Shown piece after piece: positions 17,321-28,006 of a DNA stretch of 64,000 bases (the stretch's first letter is position 1; each line of letters opens with the position of its first letter). Source of the stretch: Candidatus Carthagonibacter metallireducens (lineage in GTDB: Bacteria; Gemmatimonadota; Gemmatimonadetes; Palauibacterales; Palauibacteraceae). A program made the translations under genes and the position numbers. The notes under the pieces were generated by a model, which was not told the origin of the DNA, did not search any database, and was given only the letters and a program-made list of their open reading frames with translations. The stretch is from assembly GCA_023554445.1 (NCBI GenBank), contig JAMJQQ010000124.1, positions 14,419 through 78,418 of the forward strand, read 5' to 3'.

Positions 17321-18435
17321 CCGCCTCGCTCCTCGCCCGCCACGGGAATCTCTCCCAGCCGACCGCGTTCATCGGACAACGTCTGCATGATGAGTTCGAA
17401 ATCACTCGGACTGGTCGCCGCAGCCTTCGCCACCTCGTATTCAACGAGGTCCATCTCGACGAGTCTCTCGAGGTGCTGCTGGAAGGTCTGCGTGCCGTAG
17501 GCGGCGCTTCCCTGCTCGGTCAGTTCGATGATCTCCTCGCTCGGCTTCCCGTGCAGGATACAGTCGCGCACCGCTCCCGTGATCCGAACCACCTCCACAG
17601 CCGGAATCAGCCGGTCCGAGTCTTTGCGTGGAAGGAGTTTCTGCGCGACCACGGCACGGAGCGTGTCGGCCACCCGCATCCGGCCGATCTCGCGTTCGTC
17701 CTCGGGAAATGCGGTGATCATCTGACTCAACGCGCCGAGGGCCGAGGGAGAATGCAGGGTGGAGATCACCAGCTGCCCCAGTTCGGCGGCCCGGATCGCG
17801 GTCTCCATCGTCTCGCGGTCCCTCATTTCTCCGATCAGGATCACGTCCGCGTCCTGTCGCAGGGCCGCGCGCAGCCCGCTGCGGAAGGAACCGGTGTCCA
17901 CACCGACCTCGCGCTGGGTGATCGTGCTCTGGTCATCGTCGTGCAGGTACTCGATCGGATCCTCGAGGGTTACGACGTGCTTCTTCTGCCGCTGGTTGAT
18001 CCGCCCGATCATCGCGGCCTGCGTGGTGCTCTTACCCGATCCGACGGCACCGGTGACGATCACCAGGCCGTGCTTCATTTCGGCGATCTCGCCGAGCACC
18101 GGCGGCAGGTAGAGATCCTCGAGGCTGGGTACGCTCCATGGAATCACACGCATGACGATCATGTGCGCGCCCCGCTGCCGGAGAATGTTGATCCGGAAAC
18201 GGCCCACACCCGCGAGCTCCCAGGAGGTATCGTAGTCGGTGAGCTGATCGATCCGCTCCCGGTCGCGCTCGGTCGGGATGAGCTGAAGCGCTATCTTCCG
18301 CGTCTCGTCGGGTGTGAACACCTGGCTCGACAGCTTCACGACATTTCCGTCGATCCGGGCCCGGAATACGTCTCCCGCCTTGATGTGGAGGACGCTCGCG
18401 CCACGGTCCACGGCCGCCTTGACGAGTCGCTGCAC
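17317..18435 (-). CDS. PilT/PilU-family ATPase (divergent)
   Basis: GRFRINI, Walker A GAVGSGKST, EDPIEY, QREVG.DT, ALRQD.DVILIGEMRD. Confidence 0.9.
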   Translation of the reverse strand: MQRLVKAAVDRGASVLHIKAGDVFRARIDGNVVKLSSQVFTPDETRKIALQLIPTERDRERIDQLTDYDTSWELAGVGRFRINILRQRGAHMIVMRVIPWSVPSLEDLYLPPVLGEIAEMKHGLVIVTGAVGSGKSTTQAAMIGRINQRQKKHVVTLEDPIEYLHDDDQSTITQREVGVDTGSFRSGLRAALRQDADVILIGEMRDRETMETAIRAAELGQLVISTLHSPSALGALSQMITAFPEDEREIGRMRVADTLRAVVAQKLLPRKDSDRLIPAVEVVRITGAVRDCILHGKPSEEIIELTEQGSAAYGTQTFQQHLERLVEMDLVEYEVAKAAATSPSDFELIMQTLSDERGRLGEIPVAGEERGG

Positions 18436-19487
18436 TAGTAGCCGCGCTCCTTGTCGACCTGGTTCACGAGCGGCTCACCCGCCCGCCAGTTGGCGAAATT
18501 CCGGCGCATCAGCGCGCCCTGCCGGTCCCAGTACCGGGCGCTGATCGACCCCGCGTGCGGCGTGAACAGGACGTTGCCATGCTCGCGGAGAGGACTGTCG
18601 GGAGGAAGCGGCTCGGTTTGGAACACGTCGAGCGCCGCCCCGCGGAGAGCTCCGTTGCCCAGGGCTTCGGAGAGCGCCGCCTCGTCAACGATGCCACCCC
18701 GGGAGAGGTTCATCAAGACGGCGTCCGGGCGCATGGTGGCCAGTTCGTCGCTGCCGAGCATTAGCCGTGTCCGATCGGTCTCGGGCAGCGCCAGCACCAC
18801 GTAATGCGCACTGGCGAGAGCCTCTCGAAGCCCGTCCGGTCCGAGCTCGAGGTCCACCTCGGGGAGAATCTCCCGTCCGGGACGGGCGCGCACCGCGATC
18901 ACCCGCATCCCGAGCGCCTTCGCACGCATCCCGATCGCGCGTCCGATCCCGCCGTATCCGACGACCGCCACCGAGCTTCCCGCGATTTCCCGAAGCGGGC
19001 TCGACTCGCCGGCGAGTGCCTCGTAGGGCCACTCCCCTTCCCGCATGGCGCGAGTCGCGATGTCAAAGCCCCGTGCGAAATGGAGCATCGCGCCGATCGC
19101 CCACTCGGCCAGTGGATCGGCGTAGATCCCGGCGGAGTTGGTCATCGTCACCCCACGATCCCGCATTCCGGCCCTCAGGCTGCCGCCAACGCCAGCGGCT
19201 CCCGAGTGAAACCAGCGGAGTTCGGCAGCCGATTCCAGCAGTTCGCGCGTGATGCCATAGCCGAAATAGACCTCGGCGCCGCCGATCGCGGCGAGCACCG
19301 CAGCGGGCGCCCTGTCGGGCCCGTCTCCGCCGGCGTCGGCGGAGACGCGAATCGACTGCACCGCCCACTCGTCTCCACCGTCTGCCGCCAGCAGTCCCAC
19401 CAGTTCGTCCGGAATCCTCCAGGCCGGGTAGCGATCCGAGTGCATCCAGATGAGGAGAGTGCGGCGGGATCCGTCCGACTCAGTCAT
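18435..19487 (-). CDS. D-2-hydroxyacid dehydrogenase
   Basis: GYGGIG, NLSRGGIVDE, LDVF.TEPL, TPH. Confidence 0.92.
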   Translation of the reverse strand: MTESDGSRRTLLIWMHSDRYPAWRIPDELVGLLAADGGDEWAVQSIRVSADAGGDGPDRAPAAVLAAIGGAEVYFGYGITRELLESAAELRWFHSGAAGVGGSLRAGMRDRGVTMTNSAGIYADPLAEWAIGAMLHFARGFDIATRAMREGEWPYEALAGESSPLREIAGSSVAVVGYGGIGRAIGMRAKALGMRVIAVRARPGREILPEVDLELGPDGLREALASAHYVVLALPETDRTRLMLGSDELATMRPDAVLMNLSRGGIVDEAALSEALGNGALRGAALDVFQTEPLPPDSPLREHGNVLFTPHAGSISARYWDRQGALMRRNFANWRAGEPLVNQVDKERGY

Positions 19488-20466
19488 GCGCCGAGTAGTC
19501 CAGGCCCATTCGATCGTACACCTCTCCGAGCGTGATGCGGGCGATCTGGCGTGCGCGAGCGGCTCCGTCGGCCAGGATCGCGTTCACTCGATCGGGATTC
19601 GCGCGGAGATCACGGGCACGCTCCCGAATCGGGGCGAGCCTGTCCGAGATCCCCTCGGCCAGCATCCGCTTGCACTCCACGCAGCCGATGGTCGCCGTCT
19701 GGCAACGGACCTCGATCTCTTCACGCTCTTCCGGATCGGTGAAGAACTCGTGCATCGCGAATACGTTGCAGACGTGGGGGTTTCCCGGGTCATTCTTCCG
19801 GACCCGTGCCGGATCGGTCACCGCGGTACGGACCGCGGCCCAGGTGTCCTCGGGCTCACCCAGCATGGGAATCGTGTTGTCGCGCGACTTCGACATCTTC
19901 GACACGCCGTCCAGCCCGCGGATCCTTTTCCCTCCGCCGATCATCGGCTGCGGCTCCGGGAAGTAGTCCCCGAACCGTGCATTCCACTTCCGCGCGATCT
20001 CCCGCGTGAACTCGAGGTGCTGCAGCTGGTCGTCACCGACCGGCACCAGCTCGGCATGGTAGAGCAGGATGTCGGCGGCCTGCAGGATCGGGTAATTCAG
20101 CAGGCCGGCGCTCACCATCTCCGCGCGCTCCGACTTGTCCTTGAACTGCGTCATCCGGCTCAGCTCGCCGAGCGGCGTGACCGTGTTCAACAACCACTCG
20201 AGCTGCGCGTGCTCGGGAACCGCCGACTGCACGAACAGCGTGCATCGTTCGGGATCCAGACCCGCGGCCAGCAGGCCGACCGCCATGTCGAACACCCGCT
20301 GCTCGAGAGCCGCCGGACTATAGGGTACGGTTATGGCGTGCAGGTCCACGATCGAGTAGATGCACTCGTACCTGTCGGTCAGCTCGACCCAGTTCTGGAT
20401 CGCGCCGAGATAGTTCCCCAGGTGAAGGTCGCCCGAGGGCTGGATTCCGCTGAATACGCGGGTCAT
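19480..20466 (-). CDS. trpS: Tryptophan--tRNA ligase
   Basis: SGIQPSG.LHLGNYLG, YPILQAADIL, VPVGDDQ, KMSKS. Confidence 0.97.
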   Translation of the reverse strand: MTRVFSGIQPSGDLHLGNYLGAIQNWVELTDRYECIYSIVDLHAITVPYSPAALEQRVFDMAVGLLAAGLDPERCTLFVQSAVPEHAQLEWLLNTVTPLGELSRMTQFKDKSERAEMVSAGLLNYPILQAADILLYHAELVPVGDDQLQHLEFTREIARKWNARFGDYFPEPQPMIGGGKRIRGLDGVSKMSKSRDNTIPMLGEPEDTWAAVRTAVTDPARVRKNDPGNPHVCNVFAMHEFFTDPEEREEIEVRCQTATIGCVECKRMLAEGISDRLAPIRERARDLRANPDRVNAILADGAARARQIARITLGEVYDRMGLDYSAHD

Positions 20467-20588
20467 TCGTGGGATCGTCTCGGAGTTCTGGATGCGACGG
20501 ATCGCGTGTCTGCGCCCGGCCTCTGGGGCCGATCGACGGTCCCGGCCAAGGTAGCCGGACGCACTGAACCCGAGCAAGCGAGCACCGA

Positions 20589-21482
20589 GTGAGTCAGACC
20601 CACGAGCCAGCCGTTCTCCTCGACGTCGCGCGCCGTGCCGCCGAGGCCGCGGCGGAGGCGCATCGGGCGGGCCGCGGTCGGCTCGATCCCACGGACTGGG
20701 GCGAGAAGGGGCGCTCCGACTTCGTCACCGAGGTCGACCTCGAGGCCGAACGTCGGATCGTCGAGATCATTCGCTCCGAGTACCCGGATCACGCGTTCGT
20801 CGCGGAGGAGGGAACGGGTGAAGAGGTCTCGGACTCCGGTCGATCGGAAATCGATCGCGAACCCGCGCGAGACGGGATCCGCTGGATCATCGACCCGCTG
20901 GACGGCACGACGAACTGGCTGCACGACTACCCGGAGTACGCCGTCTCGATTGCGGCGGAGGATTCCGAGGGTCTCGTGGTCGGGATCGTGCTCAACTCGG
21001 CGATCGGAGAACGCTTCGAGGCGACCCGCGGCGGCGGAGCGACCCGTGACGGAGCGCCGATCGAGGTATCCCGGGTCACACGGCTCGAGCATGCACTGGT
21101 CGGTACCGGCTTTCCGTTTAAGAAGCTGGAGGTGATGCCGGCCTATCTTGCGACGTTCGAACGTGTGCTGCGCCGGACCAGCGGAATCCGCAGAGCAGGA
21201 GCAGCGGCACTGGACCTGTGCGACCTGGCCTGCGGGAGATTGGATGCCTTCTTCGAGTACTGGCTGATGCCCTGGGACGTGGCGGCCGGCGCATTGATCG
21301 TCAGGGAATCGGGCGGGCTGTTCGAGCCGCTCGACGTGCCCGGCCTGCGCGTGCGGAGCGGCAGCGATCCGGATGACTTCGTCAGCCGGCGAATCAGCCC
21401 CGGAGGCTTCTTCGCCTCGAACGGGAACCTGACAGCCGGCTTCCGCGCGCTTCTCGAAGACGATCTCGAAAACGAATCCTGA
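20589..21482 (+). CDS. suhB: Inositol monophosphatase (SuhB family)
   Basis: DFVTEVD, EE, WIIDPLDGTTN, WDVAAG. Confidence 0.9.
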   Translation: MSQTHEPAVLLDVARRAAEAAAEAHRAGRGRLDPTDWGEKGRSDFVTEVDLEAERRIVEIIRSEYPDHAFVAEEGTGEEVSDSGRSEIDREPARDGIRWIIDPLDGTTNWLHDYPEYAVSIAAEDSEGLVVGIVLNSAIGERFEATRGGGATRDGAPIEVSRVTRLEHALVGTGFPFKKLEVMPAYLATFERVLRRTSGIRRAGAAALDLCDLACGRLDAFFEYWLMPWDVAAGALIVRESGGLFEPLDVPGLRVRSGSDPDDFVSRRISPGGFFASNGNLTAGFRALLEDDLENES

Positions 21483-21510
21483 CTCGAGCCTGAACCGGCG
21501 GGACCGGCCA

Positions 21511-22161
21511 ATGGCATACTCGGTAAAGGAAATCTACTACACCCTGCAGGGAGAGGGTGCGAATACCGGCCGGCCGTCCGTGTTCTGTCGGTTCGCCGGG
21601 TGCAACCTCTGGTCGGGACACGAGAAGGACCGGAGCAACGCGATCTGTCCCTTCTGCGACACCGATTTCGTCGGGACGGACGGCCCGGGTGGCGGCAAGT
21701 TCGCTACGCCCGCCAGCCTCGCCGGGGCCGTCGCGGCTGCGTGGCCCTGCGACACCGGGGTAGTTCGGCCGGGGCAGAAGCCCCTCGTCGTCTGCACGGG
21801 AGGCGAACCGCTGCTGCAGCTCGACGGCGCCGCCGTCAAAGCGCTACAGGAGGTCGGATTCGAGGTCGCGGTCGAAACCAACGGAACGGTGAAGCCGCCG
21901 GAAGGGATCGACTGGATCTGCGTGAGTCCGAAGGCGGGAACGACCCTCGAAATCAGGCGGGGGCATGAATTGAAGCTCGTCTATCCGCAGGCAGGAGCGC
22001 CCCCCGACCGATTCGAGCGGCTCGCGTTCGACCAGTTCTACCTGCAGCCGATGGACGGGCCCGAGCTGGAGCGGAATACGCGGCTGGCCGTAGCGTACTG
22101 CCTCGAGCACCCGCAGTGGAAGCTGAGTCTGCAAACCCACAAGTTTCTGGGAATCGACTGA
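21511..22161 (+). CDS. queE: 7-carboxy-7-deazaguanine synthase (Cx14CxxC radical SAM type)
   Basis: LQGEG, RFAGCNLW...CPFCDTDF, TGGEP, ETNG, SLQTHK. Confidence 0.95.
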   Translation: MAYSVKEIYYTLQGEGANTGRPSVFCRFAGCNLWSGHEKDRSNAICPFCDTDFVGTDGPGGGKFATPASLAGAVAAAWPCDTGVVRPGQKPLVVCTGGEPLLQLDGAAVKALQEVGFEVAVETNGTVKPPEGIDWICVSPKAGTTLEIRRGHELKLVYPQAGAPPDRFERLAFDQFYLQPMDGPELERNTRLAVAYCLEHPQWKLSLQTHKFLGID

Positions 22162-22204
22162 ATCCCATTACTGCCGAAACCGGCGGGACCACGGGCCCTC
22201 GGAT

Positions 22205-23098
22205 TCAGCCCTTGTCGTGCTCCGCTTTCTCTCTGGACTCGGCCGGCGTCTCGTCGTCGTCTCCTGCGGCGGGCGAGCCCGATTCGGCCTCGATCGCCTC
22301 GAGCTCCGCGACGAGTTCGGCCTCCAGCATCTCGGCTTCCACCAGCTCTGCCTCGGCCTCCGCGACCTCGGGCGGATCCCCCGCTTCGAGCGCCTTCGGC
22401 TCCTCCGGCTCCGCAGCCGCCAGCAGACCCATGTCCCGCTTCAACGCGAGCAGCTTGTCCTCCACATCCGACTCGCCGCCCACCTCGAGCATGGCGAATT
22501 CCGCCTCCAGGCTGTCGCCCTGGAGATCTTCGGTGACTTCGGCGGACGCCAGCGCCCGGCGCTCCGTCTCCTCGATCTTCTCGACCATCTGATCGAAGGC
22601 CCGGAAGGCACTCTTGTCCTGCAGACCGGCCATCGTTTCGTGAATGCGCTTCTGAGCCTGCGCTCGCTTCTGCTTGGCGATCAGCAGGTTCTTCTTCCGC
22701 TTCGCTTCCTCGATCTTGGCATTGAGCTGGCGCAGCGAGTCCTTCAGTCGCTCCGTCTCCTCGCGGTGGCGGAGCCACTGCTCTTCGAGCTCGGCGGCAT
22801 GACGGGCGTGCTCCTGCCCGCGCATCAGCGCCTGCTTCGCGAGATCGTCGCGTTCCTGGCCGATCGCGAGACGCGCCCGGCGCTCCCAGTTCTGCGCTTC
22901 CTTCCGTTCCTGCTCCACCTGCGACCGCAGGCGGCGTTCGTCCGCGATGGCCATCGCGACTTCCTGCTTCGCCTGCGCGAGCTGGCGACGCATGTCCTCG
23001 ATGACCTGCACGAGCATCTTTTCCGGATTCTCCGCTTTCGCGATCAGGTCGTTGATGTTCGACCTGAGAAGCCGGGACAGCCGTTCGAAGAGACCCAT
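22205..23098 (-). CDS. pspA: PspA/IM30 family protein with acidic tail
   Basis: MGLFERLSRLLRSNINDLI.KAENPEKML.Q; long coiled coil. Confidence 0.92.
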   Translation of the reverse strand: MGLFERLSRLLRSNINDLIAKAENPEKMLVQVIEDMRRQLAQAKQEVAMAIADERRLRSQVEQERKEAQNWERRARLAIGQERDDLAKQALMRGQEHARHAAELEEQWLRHREETERLKDSLRQLNAKIEEAKRKKNLLIAKQKRAQAQKRIHETMAGLQDKSAFRAFDQMVEKIEETERRALASAEVTEDLQGDSLEAEFAMLEVGGESDVEDKLLALKRDMGLLAAAEPEEPKALEAGDPPEVAEAEAELVEAEMLEAELVAELEAIEAESGSPAAGDDDETPAESREKAEHDKG

Positions 23099-23105
23099 GG
23101 CCCTG

Positions 23106-23498
23106 TCAGTCCAGTCCGAGTGTGTGTCTGTGCGAGGTCACGGCGAGCGCGAGGCTCTCCAGCGACGCCAGGAACTCCGAGTAGTCGAGATTCTCGATCT
23201 CCAGTGCGTCGGTGAGGATGATGTCGCCCTCCTCAAGGCCGTAGGCGCCGTGCACCAGATCCGTGGCGTTCAAGGTCAGCAGTTGTTCGTACAGCTTCAG
23301 CCGGTCTTCGGTGCCCTCTGGCACCGATCCGATCTTCGCCCTGAATACGACGAGAGGCGGCGAATAGGAAAGCACCACGGCCGGCTCTCCGGTCGATGTC
23401 CCTCCGGGCGGGTCAACGATCCAGAGATTCTCGCCAATCTCCTCGTACTCCATTTCCGTGCGGATCAGGAAGCTCTCGAGGTCTTCGCGACTGATCAT
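23106..23498 (-). CDS. CesT/YbjN-like (type III chaperone fold) protein
   Basis: Acidic 130 aa; LYEQLL.LNATDLVHGAYGL...L..ENLD..EF pattern of PspA-associated chaperone-fold proteins. Confidence 0.7.
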   Translation of the reverse strand: MISREDLESFLIRTEMEYEEIGENLWIVDPPGGTSTGEPAVVLSYSPPLVVFRAKIGSVPEGTEDRLKLYEQLLTLNATDLVHGAYGLEEGDIILTDALEIENLDYSEFLASLESLALAVTSHRHTLGLD

Positions 23499-23764
23499 CG
23501 GTCTCCATCCTCCGTGAGGGCGGCCCGTCGGCTCTCCGTATTCTCTTCGAGCAGCCGGGTCAGAAACTCCTGGTGTTCCGCCAGTACCTGTACTTGCTCC
23601 ACGAGAGCGTCGATCTGCCCTTCGATCTGTGCGATTCGCTCGGGGTCCGCCGCATCCGGGATCGAAGGTGGATGAGCGGGTCCGGCTTCGATTCGCTTTG
23701 CCACGGCCGCCGCCACCGGCACGACCACGAACATCACCACCAGAATCCAGACAATCGGGGTCAT
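23495..23764 (-). CDS. Small single-TM + coiled-coil protein (PspB-like architecture)
   Basis: N-terminal TM, C-terminal heptads ERIAQIEGQIDALVEQVQVLAE.QEF.TRLL; ATGA overlap with next gene. Confidence 0.7.
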   Translation of the reverse strand: MTPIVWILVVMFVVVPVAAAVAKRIEAGPAHPPSIPDAADPERIAQIEGQIDALVEQVQVLAEHQEFLTRLLEENTESRRAALTEDGDR

Positions 23765-23813
23765 CGGTTTCCGTTGCGTCGGTTCCGGTCCAGGCCCTCG
23801 TGTCGTTCCGTTC

Positions 23814-23840
23814 TACGTGACCGGCAGGCCCGGAGTTTCA
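23814..23840 (-). promoter_or_regulatory. Putative ECF sigma promoter of psp module
   Basis: TGAAAC-N17-CGTA, resembling the SigW-type consensus. Confidence 0.55.
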
Positions 23841-23930
23841 GGTGAGCGCATCCAACCTCACCGTCTCCGGCCCGAAGGGTAACCTCAGTTCGCCCCGTGA
23901 ATCAACGCCAACCACAGTCTGCGACCGGAG

Positions 23931-26774
23931 TCACCGATCTGCGCTTCCGGCAAGCGACTCGCGCAGAAACCTGCCCGTGTGGCTGGCATCGTGGGCGGCC
24001 ACCTCTTCCGGCGTGCCCGCCACGACGACCTCACCTCCCCCCGTGCCGCCCTCCGGACCGAGATCCACGATCCAGTCGGCGGTCTTGATCACGTCCAGGT
24101 GATGCTCGATGACGAGCACGGTGTTCCCCTTCTCCACCAGGCGGTGCAGCACCTCGAGGAGGATCCGAATGTCCTCGAAGTGGAGACCGGTGGTGGGCTC
24201 GTCGAGGATGTAGAGCGTCCGCCCGGTGCTCCGCTTGGCGAGCTCGGAGGCCAGCTTCACTCGTTGCGCCTCGCCGCCTGACAGAGTGGTCGCCGACTGG
24301 CCCAGCGTGATGTAGCCGAGTCCCACGTCGCACAGTGTCTGCAGCTTCGTGCGCAACGTCGGAACGGCGTCGAAGAACTCCCTCGCTTCGGCGACCGTCA
24401 TCTCCAGCACGTCGGCTATACTGCGCCCCTTCCAGAGAATCTCGAGGGTCTCGCGGTTGTACCGTCTCCCCCTGCAGACGTCGCAGGGCACGTAAACGTC
24501 GGGCAGGAAGTGCATCTCGATCTTCACGAGTCCGTCGCCCCGGCACGCCTCGCAGCGACCGCCCTTCACGTTGAAGCTGAATCGGCCCGGCCGGTACCCG
24601 CGGATCCGGGACTCGGGCAGTTTGCTGTACAGGTCCCGGATCGGGGTGAACACGCCCGTGTAAGTGGCTGGATTCGACCTGGGTGTCCGTCCTATCGGGC
24701 TCTGGTCCACGTCGATCACCTTGTCGATCCGCTCGACTCCCTCCACCCGGTCGTGCGCGCCGGGCACCGCCCGAGCCCGATGAAGCTCCCGCGCGAGCCG
24801 GCGGTAGAGGATCTCCTCGACCAGCGTGGACTTTCCAGACCCCGAAACCCCGGTCACGGCGATGAAGGTGCCTAGCGGAAAGCGGACATCCACTCCGCGG
24901 AGGTTGTGCTCCCGGGCACCGAAAATCGTCAGTTCCTCACCCTCGCGTCCCGGTCGCCGTGCCTCCGGAATCGGGATCTCCCGGTCGCCCCGGAGGTAGG
25001 CCGCGGTGAGCGAATCGTCTGAAGCGAGCAGGTCGTCCACGCCCCCCGAGACGAGCACCCGGCCGCCACGCCGACCCGCGCCCGGACCGAGATCGACTAC
25101 GTGGTCGGCCGCGCGCACCGTCTCCTCGTCGTGTTCCACCACCAGGACCGTGTTTCCCAGGTCCCGCAGGCTCTCGAGCGTGCCGAGCAGGCGGCGGTTG
25201 TCTCTGGGGTGCAGCCCGATGCTCGGCTCGTCCAGCACGTAGAGCACCCCCACGAGCCGGCTGCCGATCTGCGTGGCGAGCCGTATCCGCTGGGCCTCCC
25301 CGCCGGCGAGCGTATCCGCCGAGCGACCGAGGGTCAGGTACCCGAGCCCGACCCGGGTCATGAATCCCAGTCGGTCACAGACCTCCTTGAGAATCGGGAG
25401 CGCGATGTCTGCATCGAGGGAGGCGGACTCGGGATCGTCGCGCAGGCGCTCGAACAGGGTAAGAGCCTCCTCCACCGGCGCTTCGACGATCTCCGTGAGT
25501 GGGACGTCCGCCACCGTCACTGCCCGGCTCTCGGCCCTGAGACGACCACCCTCGCAACTCGGGCACACGCGGGCGGTCATGTATTCGTGCAGCTGCCGGT
25601 GCAGGGTCTCGCTCTCCGTCTCGTGATAGAGGCGGCGAACGTTTTCGAGCGCGCCTTCCCACTCGAGGTCGGGATCTCCGAGCAGCAGCGCCTCGCGCTG
25701 CGAATCCTCGAGCGCTCCCCAGGACGTGTTCAGGTCGAATCCGTGCGCCTCGGCCACGGCGGGAAGGGTGACGCGCCGCAGTCTCCCGGTCGGACCGCCC
25801 CACGGCAGAATCACTCCTTCGAGCACCGACAGGCGGTCGTCCCCGAGAACCAGCTCCGGATTCGGTTCCAGCCGGATCCCGAGTCCATCGCAGTCCGGGC
25901 ATGCCCCGTAAGGCGAGTTGAACGAGAACTGCCGGGGCTCCAGCTCGGGGATGTTGATCCCGCAGCTGGCACAGGCGTACTTCTCGCTGAACAGGTGCGC
26001 TTCCCCTTCGACGTCGGCGGCGTCGGCGTAGGTCCGCAACTCGACAGTTCCGCCCGCCATCCGGAGCGCTGTCTCGACCGACTCAGCGATCCGGGCTCTC
26101 TCATCGGGCCGGACCATCAGCCGGTCCACCACCACGGAAATCTCGTGGTTCATCCGGCGATTCAGCTTCGGAGGATCGCTGAGCTCGATCAGCTCCCCAT
26201 CGACCCGGGCTCGCACGAAGCCTTCCTGCAGTGCTTCCTCGAACAGCTCCCTGAACTCTCCCTTGCGTCCCTGCACCAGGGGCGCCAGGACCTCCGCGCG
26301 GGTGCCCTCGGGCCAGCCGGCGACCTGGGCGGCGATCTGAGTGGCTGACTGCCGGCGGACCGGACTTCCGCACGAGGGACAGTGAGGGGTCCCGGTGCGA
26401 GCCCAGAGCAGTCTCAGGTAGTCGTAGACCTCGGTGACCGTTCCAACGGTGCTTCGCGGGTTCCTGCTCGAACCGCGCTGCTCGATCGCGATCGCGGGTG
26501 AGAGCCCCTCGATCCGGTCCACATCCGGCTTCTCCATGACGCCGAGGAACTGCCGCGCGTAAGCGGACAGAGATTCCACGTACCGGCGCTGTCCCTCCGC
26601 GTAGATCGTGTCGAATGCGAGAGAGGACTTCCCCGACCCGGAGAGACCGGTGACCACGGTCAGTGAGTTGCGCGGGATCTCGACATCGATGTTTCGCAGG
26701 TTGTGCTCGCGAGCGCCCCTGATGACGATCTGTCCCGCCGCCGTGCCCGCGTCTCTGCCCGATCGACCGCTCAA
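23931..26774 (-). CDS. uvrA: Excinuclease ABC subunit A
   Basis: [30 protein letters not shown], two ABC modules, Zn fingers; TTG start overlapping lysA stop (start uncertain). Confidence 0.97.
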   Translation of the reverse strand: MSGRSGRDAGTAAGQIVIRGAREHNLRNIDVEIPRNSLTVVTGLSGSGKSSLAFDTIYAEGQRRYVESLSAYARQFLGVMEKPDVDRIEGLSPAIAIEQRGSSRNPRSTVGTVTEVYDYLRLLWARTGTPHCPSCGSPVRRQSATQIAAQVAGWPEGTRAEVLAPLVQGRKGEFRELFEEALQEGFVRARVDGELIELSDPPKLNRRMNHEISVVVDRLMVRPDERARIAESVETALRMAGGTVELRTYADAADVEGEAHLFSEKYACASCGINIPELEPRQFSFNSPYGACPDCDGLGIRLEPNPELVLGDDRLSVLEGVILPWGGPTGRLRRVTLPAVAEAHGFDLNTSWGALEDSQREALLLGDPDLEWEGALENVRRLYHETESETLHRQLHEYMTARVCPSCEGGRLRAESRAVTVADVPLTEIVEAPVEEALTLFERLRDDPESASLDADIALPILKEVCDRLGFMTRVGLGYLTLGRSADTLAGGEAQRIRLATQIGSRLVGVLYVLDEPSIGLHPRDNRRLLGTLESLRDLGNTVLVVEHDEETVRAADHVVDLGPGAGRRGGRVLVSGGVDDLLASDDSLTAAYLRGDREIPIPEARRPGREGEELTIFGAREHNLRGVDVRFPLGTFIAVTGVSGSGKSTLVEEILYRRLARELHRARAVPGAHDRVEGVERIDKVIDVDQSPIGRTPRSNPATYTGVFTPIRDLYSKLPESRIRGYRPGRFSFNVKGGRCEACRGDGLVKIEMHFLPDVYVPCDVCRGRRYNRETLEILWKGRSIADVLEMTVAEAREFFDAVPTLRTKLQTLCDVGLGYITLGQSATTLSGGEAQRVKLASELAKRSTGRTLYILDEPTTGLHFEDIRILLEVLHRLVEKGNTVLVIEHHLDVIKTADWIVDLGPEGGTGGGEVVVAGTPEEVAAHDASHTGRFLRESLAGSADR

Positions 26775-28006
26775 GAGATCACCTCGCCTCGCCAGAGATC
26801 TTCGAGGCTCTCTCTGGGGCGAACCACTTTCCAGCCATCCCGGTTCGCGAGTAGCTCCGGGGGCCGGGGTCGGCTGTTGTAGTTCGAGGCCATGACGAAA
26901 CCGTACGCCCCCGCATCCCGCAGCAGCAGAAGGTCTCCGGGCCGGACCGCATGCAGCCGGCGGTTCGTGCCCAGCACATCTCCCGATTCGCAGGTCGGTC
27001 CGAGCACTTCGACGATCGGCTCGCCCGTCAGTTCGCCTTCGACCGGCACGATCGCATGCTCGGCACCGTACAGCGCGTTGCGCGCGAAGTCGGTATAGCC
27101 CGCATCGCAGACGAGAGCCGGTCGCCCGTTCCGCTCCCGGCGGTAGAGCACACGGGTGAGTAGAACGCCGGCACGCGCGACCACCGAGCGACCCGGCTCG
27201 AACCGGAGCTCGATCGGCACGCCCTCGAGGCGGGCCGCGAGCGCCTCGACCAGCATCGCGGGCTCCGGGTCCCTGTCGCCCGCATAGTCGATGCCCAGCC
27301 CTCCACCCACATCCAGCTCGGCCACGGGGGCGCCCGTTGCCGCCAGCGACTCGACGAGCGATAGCATCAACTCGACTGCCTGCTCGTACGGATCCACCGC
27401 GTCCAGCCCCGATCCGAGGTGGAAGGCGAGAGTCCGGGGCCGGACGCGATCGGCCGACGCGAGGCGCTCCCATACCTCGGGAATGCGGTCCGGCGCGAAT
27501 CCGAACTTGGCGTCGGCCCGGCCCGTTTCGAGCGAAGGGTGCGCGCCGGCCCTGATCCCGGGTCGGACCCGAAGTCCGACCGGCAGCGGGCCATGCGGAT
27601 AGCTCGAAGCATGCCGGATCGCCGCCTCCACCTCGTGGCCCGACTGGAGCACGATCATTCCCACCCCCGCCTCGATCCCCGCCCGTACGGCCGATTCGGA
27701 CTTGGGTACCCCCCCGAGCACGATCCTGGCCTCAGGGAATCCCGCCGCTCTCGCACGGGCGAGTTCGCCGGGCGTCGCGACTTCGATCCCCACCCCGCTG
27801 CGTTCCAGCAGCGCCAGCACGGCCAGATTCGTATTCGCCTTCGCGGCAAAGCTGATCCGCGCAGGGTCTCCCACGGCATCGATCCACCGCCGGATCCCGG
27901 CCTCCACCGCCAGGACGTCGTAGATGTAGGCCGGCGTTCCGACCTCGTCGGCGATCGCGTTGAGCATGTCGGGTGAGAGCCGGGCTGCGTGGGACAGGTT
28001 GTTCAT
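26771..28006 (-). CDS. lysA: Diaminopimelate decarboxylase
   Basis: AKAN PLP lysine, [34 protein letters not shown]. Confidence 0.92.
   Translation of the reverse strand: MNNLSHAARLSPDMLNAIADEVGTPAYIYDVLAVEAGIRRWIDAVGDPARISFAAKANTNLAVLALLERSGVGIEVATPGELARARAAGFPEARIVLGGVPKSESAVRAGIEAGVGMIVLQSGHEVEAAIRHASSYPHGPLPVGLRVRPGIRAGAHPSLETGRADAKFGFAPDRIPEVWERLASADRVRPRTLAFHLGSGLDAVDPYEQAVELMLSLVESLAATGAPVAELDVGGGLGIDYAGDRDPEPAMLVEALAARLEGVPIELRFEPGRSVVARAGVLLTRVLYRRERNGRPALVCDAGYTDFARNALYGAEHAIVPVEGELTGEPIVEVLGPTCESGDVLGTNRRLHAVRPGDLLLLRDAGAYGFVMASNYNSRPRPPELLANRDGWKVVRPRESLEDLWRGEVIS

Noticed and set aside
21511-22161. queE as part of a deazaguanine DNA-modification (dpd) system
   Set aside because: No dpdA or other dpd genes; canonical tgt and queA point to tRNA queuosine synthesis.
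26775-27473. N-terminal extension of UvrA in the ORF track (likewise for rnhB, PASTA protein, ruvA, tgt)
   Set aside because: Extensions overlap upstream genes in another frame; better starts with stop/start overlaps or RBS exist.
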